Assembly (NCBI RefSeq): GCF_006345805.1
Contig: NC_043010.1
Span: 48,670,001 to 48,734,000 of the forward strand
Direction: 5' to 3'
From: Octopus sinensis
Lineage: Eukaryota
Length of the DNA stretch: 64,000 nucleotides
Below, one piece after another: positions 25,761-38,659 of the stretch; the first letter of the stretch is position 1, and every line of letters starts with the position of its first letter. The position numbers and the translations under genes were made by a program. The notes beneath the pieces are model-generated. The model did no database searches. It saw nothing but the letters and a program-made list of their open reading frames with translations, and was not told the origin of the DNA.

Positions 25761-25996
25761 TAAATAGAAGAAACAAAAGAAAGCACTTTGTCAGGTTTCC
25801 TTGAGAATTCATTCATTTCAAAACAGAAATCGAACATTTTTCAAATAAATAAATATAAGTATTAGGTAAAAGGAAGAGAAAATATTTTTAAAAGTAGGTT
25901 GCAAATGAATTTTTAAAAAACTCTTGTCCAATCCTGTAACTTTCCTTTGGGAACAAAATGATTTGAATAAAGATATGGGTTTCTCTTCCTTTATCC

Positions 25997-26027
<31 letters not shown>

Positions 26028-26218
26028 TCATTTTTGCTTTCGTTCATTCTTTCTTTTGTTTATGCGTTTAATATTCTTTATATTTTCTTCATTTGAATTT
26101 TGCTTCACATATTCAGCTCTATTACTTTTTACACTGTCACCTACCTTGCTGTTAATACCACCTATATTTCTAATATTTCTATATTTTTGTGAGTGTGTGT
26201 GCCTGTCAGTCTGTCCGC

Positions 26219-26287
<69 letters not shown>

Positions 26288-26344
26288 AAGCTAGCTAGCT
26301 AGCTCCTACACGCATTTTTTTCTCTCCTTGTTTTTTTTCTATGT

Positions 26345-26384
26345 ATCTTTCTGTCGAAGAGCGTAGGCTCGAAACGTAAAAGAT
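26345..26384 (+). ncRNA. Candidate minimal type I hammerhead ribozyme (Penelope-type, variant core)
   Basis: ATCTTT-CTGTCGA-A-GAGC(GTAG)GCTC-GAAA-C-GTA-AAAGAT: 6-bp stem I, 4-bp stem II, palindromic ACGT stem III; core has A6U. Confidence 0.5.
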
Positions 26385-26479
26385 TTGTTCTATTTCTATT
26401 CCTGAGCGCCATACTAATACATTTGTTTGTTTGTACTCCACCTGTCTTCGTCTTTTGTTTATTTTCATAAACCTTCCCG

Positions 26480-26480
<1 letters not shown>

Positions 26481-26572
<92 letters not shown>

Positions 26573-26573
26573 C

Positions 26574-26619
<46 letters not shown>

Positions 26620-26620
26620 A

Positions 26621-26653
<33 letters not shown>

Positions 26654-26706
26654 GTCTATCTCTCTCTATCTATCTATCCATCTATTTATCTATCCATCTA
26701 TCTACA

Positions 26707-26765
<59 letters not shown>

Positions 26766-26766
26766 A

Positions 26767-26810
<44 letters not shown>

Positions 26811-26848
26811 CATCTATTTATCTATCCATCTATCTACCAATCTATCTA

Positions 26849-26935
<87 letters not shown>

Positions 26936-26936
26936 A

Positions 26937-27018
<82 letters not shown>
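26481..27018. repeat. ~540-bp (TATC)n microsatellite with scattered variants
   Basis: Direct reading. Confidence 0.97.
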
Positions 27019-27023
27019 GTATA

Positions 27024-27254
27024 CAGAGTTGGCTAAAAGTCACCCGACAGTAAGTCAAAGCCTATCTAATTCCAAGATTTATTTATGTTTAACAACTGAA
27101 TGAATATAATAAAAGCATCTAAATATGAAATATCACGAAAATTGTTCAAACTGAAGTCCTTGAGTGACACATTTTTCCATTCAAGTCAATACAGAATTAC
27201 AGATAGTATTTATGGAATTTTGATCTACTGTCGAGTGAGTTTTGGCCAACAATG
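27024..27254. mobile_element. 231-bp Tc1/mariner-type MITE
   Basis: TIRs CAGAGTTGGCTAAAAGTCACCCGACAGTA / TACTGTCGAGTGAGTTTTGGCCAACAATG, flanked by TA on both sides. Confidence 0.85.
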
Positions 27255-27508
27255 TATATACACACATGTGTTCAGGTTCTGAGTACATGGTCTATTCAAT
27301 TTGCAAATCAGGACACAAATTGAAGAGAACATGTGCTCAGAGCAAAAAGATTGTTTGGAGGTACAAAGCATGTTAGAAAACCTGCAAAGACACATGTCTT
27401 CACAGCAAGAGACTATTAGTAACTCATAACTTTGTACTGTGTACATTAAATGATATTTTTCTCTCGCGGGATGGAGTAACTTTTTTTGTTGATCTTAACT
27501 GAAAAGTA

Positions 27509-27551
<43 letters not shown>

Positions 27552-27554
<3 letters not shown>

Positions 27555-28103
27555 GAGCAAAGCGCCCCCCGTCCAATGGGCGGTGCTGAATCATAACTGC
27601 TGAATAAAAGGCAATCAGTGTTTTCTTTTCATTAAAAAATAATTAAGCATGCTTTTATTTCAATAAAATTTTTGGTTTTATTAAACGAAATTAAGGCAAA
27701 AAAAAATTCTTCAGAAACCAAATAGTCTTTCCTTCCTTCATGCCAAGTTTGAAGAAAATATCTTTTTTGCATCTTACTTTTTTGGTCTCTTAAATATACC
27801 GCATTTTGTGGCATTATTTCAAGCCAGTCGGCTTTTTTTTTTTGCAAACTGCACGTGCATTATTCTCGCGTACGTGTAGTATCGATCGCAACAGCTGATG
27901 TACTTGCACGTACAAATGCACGTTCCCACGGCTTTATCAATCGCATTCTCACCTGGAATCGAGTTTTGTAATTTTTTCAAGACTTATACACACCTTGAAA
28001 CCGTCGGTATCTACATATCAAATCTAAGCGCAATCGGATGGGGGATGCCCGAGATCCTAGAAGACACACACACAGACAGACAGAACGGATTTTATATAAT
28101 AGA
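27552..28103 (+). mobile_element. Non-autonomous Helitron-like element (Lep1/HINE type)
   Basis: GC-rich 5' end; 3' end ...GCAATCGGATG...ACACACAGACAGACAGAACGGATTTTATATAATAGAT, the same architecture as 39984-40783. Confidence 0.6.
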
Positions 28104-28616
28104 TAACAAATGAAAGACAGAAGATGGAATATACGAGAATATATTATTAATCACAACAATTGTTTTGACACATCTGGCATCGACTCCTCTTGTGGGACAC
28201 ACAAATAAATAAAAAGTCTCGTTAAAATGACAGTTCCATAATGCAACTTTCCGTTTTGCAACGGAGGAAAATTCTTCATATATAGAGAAGATCCAAAAAT
28301 AAAATTGTAGTAGATAAAAAGAGAAACGAACACTTAATCCAGCGAGAAAAGTATTGAATATAACCGTTAAGTGATATGGATGTATAAACACCCTCGGGCA
28401 AGCAGCATGGCACGATTACACACGCTCATACAAGCACTAGCAAAAATGTGAGCATACGCACACGTAAGGTTAGGTGCACTTATAATTACAAAGCGAGTTA
28501 GATATTTAGTAGGTGTTTACATATGTAATATATATGTGTGTGTATATACATATGTATATATATATATGTATATATATATATAGTATATATATATATAATA
28601 TATATATATATATATA

Positions 28617-28658
<42 letters not shown>

Positions 28659-28850
28659 ATATATATATGTATATATATATATATGTATGTATATATAGAT
28701 GCATATGTATATGTATATGTGGTGTGTGTGCACATTCACACTTGTGCACATATTCATATATAATGCGTCGTTTCCATATGAATCCACAAGTATATATATT
28801 CGTGTCCGAGCATATATATGTGTGTGTGAGTGTATATATATATATACACT

Positions 28851-29165
28851 GACCATGGGATTGCACCTAGAAAGTTACCCTCCTATTCACAAATCTGGGC
28901 AAGGTGGTTTTATGGAAGACCAGCAGTCGCCCATGCATACCGACCTCCCCTCTCCACGCCATCAGTGTTATCCAAGGGAAAGGCAAAGGCCGATACAGCT
29001 TGGCACCCGTGACGTCGCAACTCATTTCTACAGCTGAGTGAACTGGAGCAACGTGAAATAAAGTGTCTTGCTCAAGAACACAACACGCAGCCCGGTCCGG
29101 GATTCGAGCTCACAAACTCACGATCGTAAGCTCGACGCTCTAACCACTGAGCCATGCGCCTTCAC
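28851..29165 (-). mobile_element. tRNA-derived SINE family C (head GTGAAGGCGCATGGCTCAGTGGTTAGAGCG)
   Basis: High identity to 39625-39970; A box TGGCTCAGTGG and B-box-like GAGCTCGAATCC. Confidence 0.9.
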
Positions 29166-29264
29166 ATATATATATGTTAATAAAATAGAACATATGCATA
29201 TATATAAACATATATGTACGTACCTACCTCTACATGTACATATACACGCATATATGTGTACAGG

Positions 29265-30062
29265 ACACCAAAAAGACGTCGAACACATAGAGAGACGAAA
29301 AACATAGACACAAACCAAGGAACAGGACAAGCAAAAAAGAAAAAAAGAGATACAGGACAATAAGCACACGAAAAATCCCCTTCTTCAGTCGCTAAGGTTT
29401 CATCTACTCTACGTTCGAAGGATAAAAGCGAGACGTATACTTCGAAGAAACTCCTTCTGCGAAAAGCAAATCAATTAAAATTCTGAGATCTTTTCGCAGA
29501 GGGGTAAAAAATGGTAAAAAAAAAGCAAGACGGTAACGACAGTACAAACATATAAACAGTAAAAAAAAAAAAATTATATATAAACAGTTGAAAAATAAAT
29601 ATATAACAGTGAGAGACAGGACAAGGAGAACAAGATAAAAGGGCTGTTTACGCCAGACGAAAAAGTAATGCAAACGCTGGATTATAGTGGACGACGAGAG
29701 AGAAAGAATGTCGACCAGTGGCCTTAGAAGCGGGCGAGAAAAGACAGGATAGCAGTTACGACGGAAGTATCGTCGCAGATGGACGACGGGAATGGGGGAG
29801 GAGGAGCAAGAAGAAGAGAGAGAAGAAGGGGAATGGTGCGAGGAGACCATGAAGAATGGTGAGGGGGAGAGAGAGAATGAAGAATGAGAGAGAGAGAGGA
29901 AGAGACAAGTTAAGTGAGGGAAAAAGGACGAAAAAGGGAATGGGAGAGAAAGAAATATATATATATGTACGAAGCACGAGTACATGGAACATGATCAATT
30001 CCTTTGAACAACGAAAGACACAAACGGAAACAAAACAAGCAACATAAAGAACGACCCTTCAT
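29265..30062 (-). mobile_element. Unclassified element with loosely repeated ends containing (C)TGAAGAAGGGG; related fragment at 53600-53750 (+)
   Basis: GAGTAGATGAA...CTGA(A/T)GAAGGG..TT.TTT.TG is shared between 29350-29470 (-), 30000-30062 (-) and 53640-53750 (+). Confidence 0.45.
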
Positions 30063-30080
30063 TAGTTGTTATTAATATAT

Positions 30081-30128
<48 letters not shown>

Positions 30129-30181
30129 CGTATATAGATGTATGTACATATACGTATGTATATATGCATATATATATATGC

Positions 30182-30240
<59 letters not shown>

Positions 30241-30280
30241 GTATGTATGTATACATATATGTACATATAATATATATTAT

Positions 30281-30681
30281 AGGCGGTGGAGTGGCTGTGT
30301 GGTAAGTAGCTTGCTTACGAACCACATGGTTCCGGTTTTAGTCCCACTGCGTGGCACCTTGGGCTAGTGTCTTCTACTATAGCCTCGGGCTGACTAAAGT
30401 CTTTTGAGTGGATTTGGTAGATGGAAACTGAAAGAATCCCGTCGCATATATGTATATGTATGTGTGTGTGTTTGTGTGTCTGTGTTTGTCTCCCCAACAT
30501 CGCTTGACAACCGATGCTGGTGTGTTTAAGTCCCCGTAACTTAGCGGTTCGGCAAAATAGACAGATAGAATAAGTACTAGGCTTACAAAGAATAAGTCCT
30601 GGGGTCGATTTGCTCGACTAAAGGTGGTGCTCCAGCATGGCCGCAGTCAAATGACTGAAACAAGTAAAAGATTAAAAGAGT
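30281..30681 (+). mobile_element. SINE family A, full length
   Basis: Used as the reference copy; tRNA-like head, body, short microsatellite, 3' module. Confidence 0.9.
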
Positions 30682-30876
30682 ATATGATTGAACGCACGCA
30701 TCCTCTTCCAAGTAAGTTTTATCTTATATGTGTGTGTGTGTGTGTGTATACACGGCGATATATATATATATATATATATGCATTCATATACGTAAGTGTG
30801 CGCATGTAATTTTGTCGGTGGCCACACAAAAGAAAAAGTGAGAAAGAGAAAGTGAGAAAGCGGGCGTGTGACAAAG

Positions 30877-30919
<43 letters not shown>

Positions 30920-31285
30920 TAAAGTGAGGGAGAATGAGTAGGTGAGAATTTTATCAAGACTCAAGTAGTTATTTCCAACTTTCAAGATTGTTAAAGTTTT
31001 AGATTTGAAGAAGTTCTATCATTTGAACACAACTTTAGGTCTGCATCTTAAATGAAGCAGATAATGAGTCTGATGCTGTCACCGTCTTTCTCCTCCCCGA
31101 CATACCTTATCCCCATAATTTACAACATGTAGCAATTGAAAATTCCACAATATTCGATGAGAAATCAATGGTTTGTGTCTCATTACCGACGCCTTGCTGT
31201 GACTATTCAACGTAAGTGTTTCTACATGTTCTTCCACCTTGCATGAAATAACAGCCAAATCCTTCAAAAATCATACTATAAGTGC

Positions 31286-31447
31286 AGGCGTGGCTGTGTG
31301 GTACGAAGCATGGTTCCCAACCACATGGTCTCGAGTCCAGTCCCACTGTGTGGCACCTTGGGCAAGTGTCTTCTACTATAGCCTCGGGCTGACCAAAGCC
31401 TTGTGAGGGAATTTGGTTGACGGAAACTGAAAGAACCTTGTCGTACA

Positions 31448-31521
<74 letters not shown>

Positions 31522-31732
31522 TATGCGTGTGTGTGTGTCTTTGAGTCTGTGCTTGTCCTTCCCCGCCCGACACCGCTTGATAACTGGTGCTAGTGCGTTT
31601 ATGTCCCCGTAACTTAGCAGTTCGGCAAAAGCTCCGATAAAATAAGTATGGGGCTTATATCAGACCTCGGACTGACCAAAGCTTTGTGAGGGGATTTGGT
31701 TGACGGAAACTGAAAGAACCTCGTCGTATATA

Positions 31733-31793
<61 letters not shown>

Positions 31794-32095
31794 TGTGTGT
31801 GTGTGTGTGTGCGTGCGTGCGTGCGTGTGTGTATGTGTGTGTGTAAATGTGTTTGTATGTGTTCGCGTGTGTGCCTTTGTGTCTGTGCTTGTCCTCCCCC
31901 GCCCGCCACCACTTGACAACTGGTGCTAGTGTGTTTATGTCCGGCAACTTAGCGGTTCGGCAAAACCCCCGATAGAATAAGTATCAGGCTTTAAAAATTA
32001 AGTAGTGAGGTCGATACATTCGACTAAAATTCTTGAAGCAGGTGCCCCAGCATGGCCGCAGACTAATATCTGAAATAAATGAAATACAAAAGATT
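31286..32095 (+). mobile_element. SINE family A with an internal tandem duplication and expanded microsatellites
   Basis: Body and 3' module each occur twice and share private variants (GATTTGGTTGACGG, AACTGGTGCTAGTG). Confidence 0.8.
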
Positions 32096-32644
32096 AAAAA
32101 AATGTACCATTTAACGATATGAAGGACATGGAGTCAATACTGGTCTGATGTTGAACGATCACAGCATCACGTTAAGAGCTCTAAATGGACTTATGAGACT
32201 TTTATATGGTTAGTCCTTTGTAGTCTAATCTCTCTTTCAAATCCCTCTTTAGTTCCTTTAAAAAATACATAGAAGGGTCTTATTGAGATATGTGGTCTTA
32301 AACACAAGATGTCCGAAGGAAAAAATTGGCCTTTTTTTTTTGCATTTCGTTAATGTTCTTAGAGAAGATATTAAGATACTAACGGTCGTTTGATCTGAAT
32401 CACAAATTAATAGCTGACTTTTTCCCCCATTATTTATCTCCTTTACATACATGCATGCACGCACACACACACACATACACACACACGCACACACACACAC
32501 TACAGGGCAAGTGATTAGTTAATATCAAGAAGAATATTGCATTCAGTTAACGGGCATAGTTTTGTATATATCGACCATATGTTGTGTTAGATAATATAAA
32601 TAAAATGGGAATTTATTGCCTTCGGCTTATTTTTCAACGGAATT

Positions 32645-32682
<38 letters not shown>

Positions 32683-33143
32683 GAGAGACTGAAATACAAC
32701 AACTACCATAAAAAATTATAACCATACCGACAAAAATTACAAAATGAAGGACAGTAGAGAGTGCTTAACGTCAGGGCTGAGCTGATACTGAACGATAACA
32801 TAATAAACTTAACAACGCCAATGAATTTATTTATAAAAGGATCTTTTACACAGTTGATTCCTCAGCTTGAAATTTCCCTCTAATCTCTCCTTCAAATCAC
32901 TCTCTACTTCCTTGAAAACAACACAGGGATATCTTATCGGGTTATATGGTGCTAAATCCAAGATGCTTAAAGAAATAAAAACAGGATGGTTACTGCTGGA
33001 ACGCCTTTGATCGGATCTCTGTTCCATCAAATTTGATCTTAGACTAAAGAATGCATAACAATTATCTTGATATGGTCGGCGTTAATCACTATATTGTCAC
33101 TCAACCTGCTAGAAATAGCAGGAAAATCCCTAAAATTACAACG

Positions 33144-33428
33144 TTGTTGTTTGTTCCTTCTCGAGCCACGCCTGGCTCATAAGGGCCGGTTTCCTTGGCG
33201 TATAGGTTCCCCACTTGGACGGGACGCCGGTCCGTCGCAGGTAAGCTGCAAGAGGAAAGAAGGTTGTGGCAAAAGTGTCAGCAGAAGTTCGCCAGTACCT
33301 TCTGCCAGAGCGGCGTGGAGCTTAGGTGTTTCGCTCATAAACACACACATCACCCGGTCTGAAATTTCGAACCCGCGATCTCTCGACCGCGAGTCCGCTG
33401 CTCTAACCACTAGGCCATGTGCCTCCAC
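33144..33428 (-). mobile_element. SINE family D with 12-bp TSD AAAATTAC(A/G)ACG
   Basis: TSD at 33132-33143 and 33429-33440; tRNA-like head. Confidence 0.9.
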
Positions 33429-34560
33429 AAAATTACGACGTACCATCTCAATAAAAAAAGACAGTTTACATTGGCTCATGTAACCAATGCAAACTGCCTA
33501 TTTTTTAAAAATTAAGATGGCACCTTGTAATTGTAGCCTTACATACCCTACGTTTGATAATAGACTATTTTGATCGTCAACAAAGAAATTATGGATTATA
33601 TTAATGTATCTTTCTGTTATAGACCCTGGAGGTTTGTAAAAAAATGTATCACAGCAGATGTCGTAGTCAAATAAATAGAAGCACTGATAGACTCTCTTCG
33701 TGGAATCTTGGAATACTCCTTCCGAAAAATGTATAATATCGTTATGTGCTCAGTTACAAGTAAAAGAATTGTTGAGCGAGCTTTTATAAACCATTCTATT
33801 CTTTTTTTTTCTTTTCGGGTGTAATGATTCCAGTAAGAAAAACAAAAATATTTCTATGATCAAACCATGCTACCGCAAGGTTTGTGTAGTTCTTTTTTAC
33901 TTGTTTCCAATTCAGAAAGAATAGTTTTATGATTTTGAAAGTTGTTCGGCAAAATACCACACTTCCGCCTTTCCATCTGCTTACTTATTAGTTATTGTTG
34001 ACCCTCAATGACCTTAGGGGAATTTACCGAACCAACTTACATAGTTTTTGCTAAGTCAGTCTTTTCATCCTTGGCTACAAGATCTGTTTTCATCAAACTG
34101 GTACGTGAATTCGTTTTTCTTTTAGATCTTATACGGATTTTGGGGTGGGTGGTGAACAACGAAAGGCGATAAATGCCTCTCTTAATTTTCAAAAAGATTT
34201 TTTATTCTGTTTATGAATATCTGATAATACTGAATTATACTAGTGAAATGTTTCGCTGACATTCCAAGTTATCGTTTAATGGTGATGAAACTGCCGGCAG
34301 CAGTTTTTTGTGCTCTCTTCAATTTTGACGAGTCGTTACCAGATGGTGTTAAAAAATAAGTAAGTAGAAGTAAAGGGGGGCGATATTTAAAAAAGTTTGA
34401 GAAGTACAGTTGCACAGGTAATTTTCTCTAGTTTTCAATGATTAGGTTTCTAGAACTTCCCAATAGGTCGTTTCTTCACTACCACAGCATGACAACCGTG
34501 TTGGCTCGTTTAGGCGTCCGTAACTTATTGATGCGGCAGGAAGACACCGATGGAATAAGT

Positions 34561-34860
34561 TTGTTCCTTTTCGAGCCACGCCTGGCTCATAAGGGCCGGT
34601 TTCCTGGTTTCCTTGGGGTATAGGTCCCCCACCTGGACGGGACGCCGGTCCGTCGCAGGTGAGCTGCAAGATGCAGGAGGAAAGAGTGAGAGAAAGTTGT
34701 GGCGAAAGAGTCAGCAGAAGTTCGCCATTACCTTCTGCCGGAGCCGCGTAGAGCTTAGGTGTTTCGCTCATAAACACACACATCGCCCGGTCTGAGATTC
34801 GAACCCGCGATCCCTCAACTGCGAGTCCGCTGTTCTAACCACTAGGCCATGCGCCTCCAC
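34561..34860 (-). mobile_element. SINE family D with perfect 12-bp TSD GATGGAATAAGT
   Basis: TSD at 34549-34560 and 34861-34872. Confidence 0.93.
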
Positions 34861-35701
34861 GATGGAATAAGTAACAAGTTTGAAAAAAGCACTGAGGTCA
34901 ATTTGTTTGACTAAATACTTCAAGGAGGGATTCTAGCATGGCCCCAGTGTAATGACTAAAATAAGCGAAAAACCAGAATAATGATTGTATCTAGCAATGA
35001 TATATTTTAATTGAAGTCATTCCTCTCATTCCAGATCTCAGACTGAAATAATTTAATCTTCCTAAGAAGGCGCCCATTTTCATGGATTTTTCTTGAAGGC
35101 GATATTCGTTTCCGCCATACATCATGTAAGTTAGAGGCCCTATGTTGACTCGACAAAATCGCCATTTTCTATAAAAAGTTTTTTTTTCAATGTTCGGAAT
35201 TTTATATTTTATATATTAACTTTAATAATTTCTCAAGTGTTTAAAGTGTAGATAGTCTACATATACATCGTCTTTTCATTTCTTCATAAAGTGTAATTGG
35301 TATAATGTAAACTTATAACACTGTGTAACAAAATTTTAATTTAATTTAATTTTATTTCTTTGTCTTTGGTCAGTAAGTGTTATTTCTTATTTGCTTCTAC
35401 CTAGAAATGAAAGGAAATGACTGCTATTCCCTTCAAACTTTGCTTTTGTGTCTCGGACATCAATGTTTTGAAACTGAATGATTTTCCATTATATTTCAGA
35501 CAGATTCAGTGCTGAGTTTCTGAAGCAGAAATATCGTTATAGCAAATATTTTGCTCAGTCCCACATATTTGCTTGTCAGTTGCTTGGCTTTAACTCCTTG
35601 AACATGTCTCTTAGTGGCTGACAATATGTGCATCAATGATCATGAACAGGAGTGTGGTGGTGGGCGGCGGGGGGGGGGTGAGCATCATAACCATGTATTG
35701 A

Positions 35702-36587
35702 GAGGGATTCCTTGGAGTTTGAATAAATGTAACAAAAGAAAATTTTGAAGGAAATACAAGCTATTTTTATACTTTCTAGGGGGTAAGCAAATATGAAATA
35801 ACAATTGCAACCCAAGGACCAAAATCGTGTTAAACAGTGTTATTAATCTTACACCTTAAGACGGTATCTGAAACGTCCGAGGGATTCCTTGGAGTTTGAA
35901 TAAATGTAACAACAGAAAATTTTGAAGGAAATACAAGCTATTTTTATACTTTCTAGGGGTAAGCAAATAGGAAATAACAATCGCAACCCAAGGACCAAAA
36001 TCGTGTTAAACAGTGTTATTAATATTACACCTTAAGATGGTATCTGAAACGTCCGAGGGATTCCTTGGAGTTTGAATAAATGTAACAAAAGAAAATTTTG
36101 AAGGAAATACAAGCTATTTTTATACTTTCTAGGGGGTAAGCAAATATGAAATAACAATTGCAACCCAAGGACCAAAATCGTGTTAAACAGTGCTATTAAT
36201 CTTACACCTTAAGACGGTATCTGAAACGTCCGAGGGATTCCTTGGAGTTTGAATAAATGTAACAACAGAAAATTTTGAAGGAGATACAAGCTATTTTTAT
36301 ACTTTCTAGGGGTAAGCAAATAGGAAATAACAATCGCAACCCAAGGACCAAAATCGTGTTAAACAGTTTTATTAATATTACACCTTAAGATGGTATCTGA
36401 AACGTCCGAGGGATTCCTTGGAGTTTGAATAAATGTAACAACAGAAAATTTTGAAGGAAATACAAGCTATTTTTATACTTTCTAGGGGGTAAGCAAATAG
36501 GAAATAACAATCGCAACCCAAGGACCAAAATCGTGTTAAACAGTGTTATTAATCTTACACCTTAAAGATGGTATCTGAAACGTCCGA
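35702..36587. repeat. Tandem satellite, five units of 176-178 bp
   Basis: Unit starts (GAGGGATTCC) at 35702, 35879, 36055, 36232 and 36408. Confidence 0.97.
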
Positions 36588-36964
36588 TTCAGCTGCGCCG
36601 GTTGTTGATGCTTTCTTCTATTTTTCTTATCCAGTCGGGTATCTGACTTTGAGCTACTGTATTCACGCAGTTATTGATTACGCAAACGTGTTATTACATA
36701 TTTTCATAACATCCACAGCGTTATCGTAAATAACTTTTGACATGAGAGTGATTGGTTTTCTCCCTGTTCTCGACAAACGGTTTGTTGACTTAGCTTAGAG
36801 AAATTGGAAAAAGTTCTTCTCAAACTACGGTTTTTAATTGTCTTTAATCTCCCTCCCCCCTGTTTCTTACCACATACACACATTCATACATACAAATATA
36901 CATACATAGTTTTGCATGCACCCCTGCATACTTGCTTACATATTCGAAACACAAAAACACACAC

Positions 36965-37748
36965 AAACATACATACATATATACATACATACATACATAC
37001 ATGCATGCAAGCATACATACATACATACATGCATACATACATACATACATACATACATGCATGCATGCATGCATACATACATACATGCATGCATGCATGC
37101 ATACATACATACATACATACTTACATGCATGCATGCAAGCATACAAACATACATGCATACATACATACATACATACATGCATACATACATACATACATGC
37201 ATGCATGCATGCATACATACATACATGCATGCATGCATGCATACATACATACATACATACTTACATGAATGCATGCAAGCATACATACATACATGCATAC
37301 ATACATACATACATACATGCATACATACATGCATACATACATACATACATACTTACATGCATGCATGCATACATACATACATGCATACATACATACATAC
37401 TTGCATGCATGCATACGTACATACATGCATACATACATACATGCATACATACATACATACATGCATGCATGCATACATACATACATGCATGCATGCAAGC
37501 ATACATACATGCATACATACATACATACATGCATGCATACATACATACATGCATGCATGCATACATACATACATACATGCATGCATGCAAGCATACATAC
37601 ATACATGCATACATACATGCATACATACATACATGCATGCATACATACATACATAAATACATACATATATACATACATGCATACATACATACATACATAC
37701 ATACATACATACATGCATACATACATACATACATGCATGCATGCATGC

Positions 37749-37760
<12 letters not shown>
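36965..37760. repeat. ~800-bp compound (TACA)/(TGCA) tetranucleotide array
   Basis: Direct reading; source of the MYVC/HTYI ORFs. Confidence 0.97.
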
Positions 37761-37794
<34 letters not shown>

Positions 37795-38582
37795 ATATAT
37801 GTCTATATGTGTATGTGTGTATCATTACCCACACTTATGAATGTACATATATATGAATGTGTATCTGCGTATGTGTGTGTGTGTTTGTGTGTATGTGTGT
37901 GTGTTTATATGTGTGTGTGTGTGTGTGTATTGCAGTCATCTCTGTCAGGTTAGTTTCCTATGGAAAAATGTCAGTGTTAGTTGACTGCGAGGTTAGTGGC
38001 AAAGAGGAAAGCTGTTTGTTTACATTTTGCCGCTCCCCTTCTGAGGCAGATGTTTCATTTGGTTTGCCTTCAGCAAATAAAATATGATCACAAAAATGTG
38101 GGATAACAATAGTTATGGCAGCCATTTCTCAAGCAACAAAATATGTTTGTTTTCGTAGCTGCTTCGCTGTGAAGTGGTTTCGGCTTCCAGTAATTTCATA
38201 ACCACTTAATGCAAAAAATGGAAGGCTTTTTTTTTTGCACCGGAATAATTATTGATTTAAACGTAAAGTCCAAGCGAAGTGAGAAGGAAACGAACGCCAT
38301 GTTAGATGACAGCTCTCAGATTTGATAGCATTGTCAGTGACAATATTAGTGTTGTTTGTTATCAGTGACAACCGTGATGGTAGAAACGAAGTTTCTGACG
38401 GGGTGAACTTTCCAGGCATCAACATGTACCTACCTCCTTGCGACAATGTAACATTTCATTTAATCAAGATATCCTCGTCCTGAAGAGTAGCCTGCGGTAT
38501 ACACTTCTCTTGGATATTTACCACTTCGCTATGGAACATATGCAGCTCAGATCTTATCTATTCCATCCCGTAACTTTTGTAT

Positions 38583-38637
<55 letters not shown>

Positions 38638-38659
38638 CACACACATCTGTCTATCTATC

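Noticed and set aside
33550-34150. Possible further Penelope endonuclease relic (FTC..N motif)
   Set aside because: Only a 3-4 residue resemblance; not supportable by eye.
35702-36587. Regularly spaced repeats suggesting a CRISPR array
   Set aside because: Head-to-tail units with no unique spacers; eukaryotic context with no cas genes.
36804-37856. Long ORFs of 136-302 aa (MYVC..., HTYI...)
   Set aside because: Translation of stop-free tetranucleotide repeats. The same applies to the IYLS, CVCV, HTHT and YIYI ORFs throughout the window.
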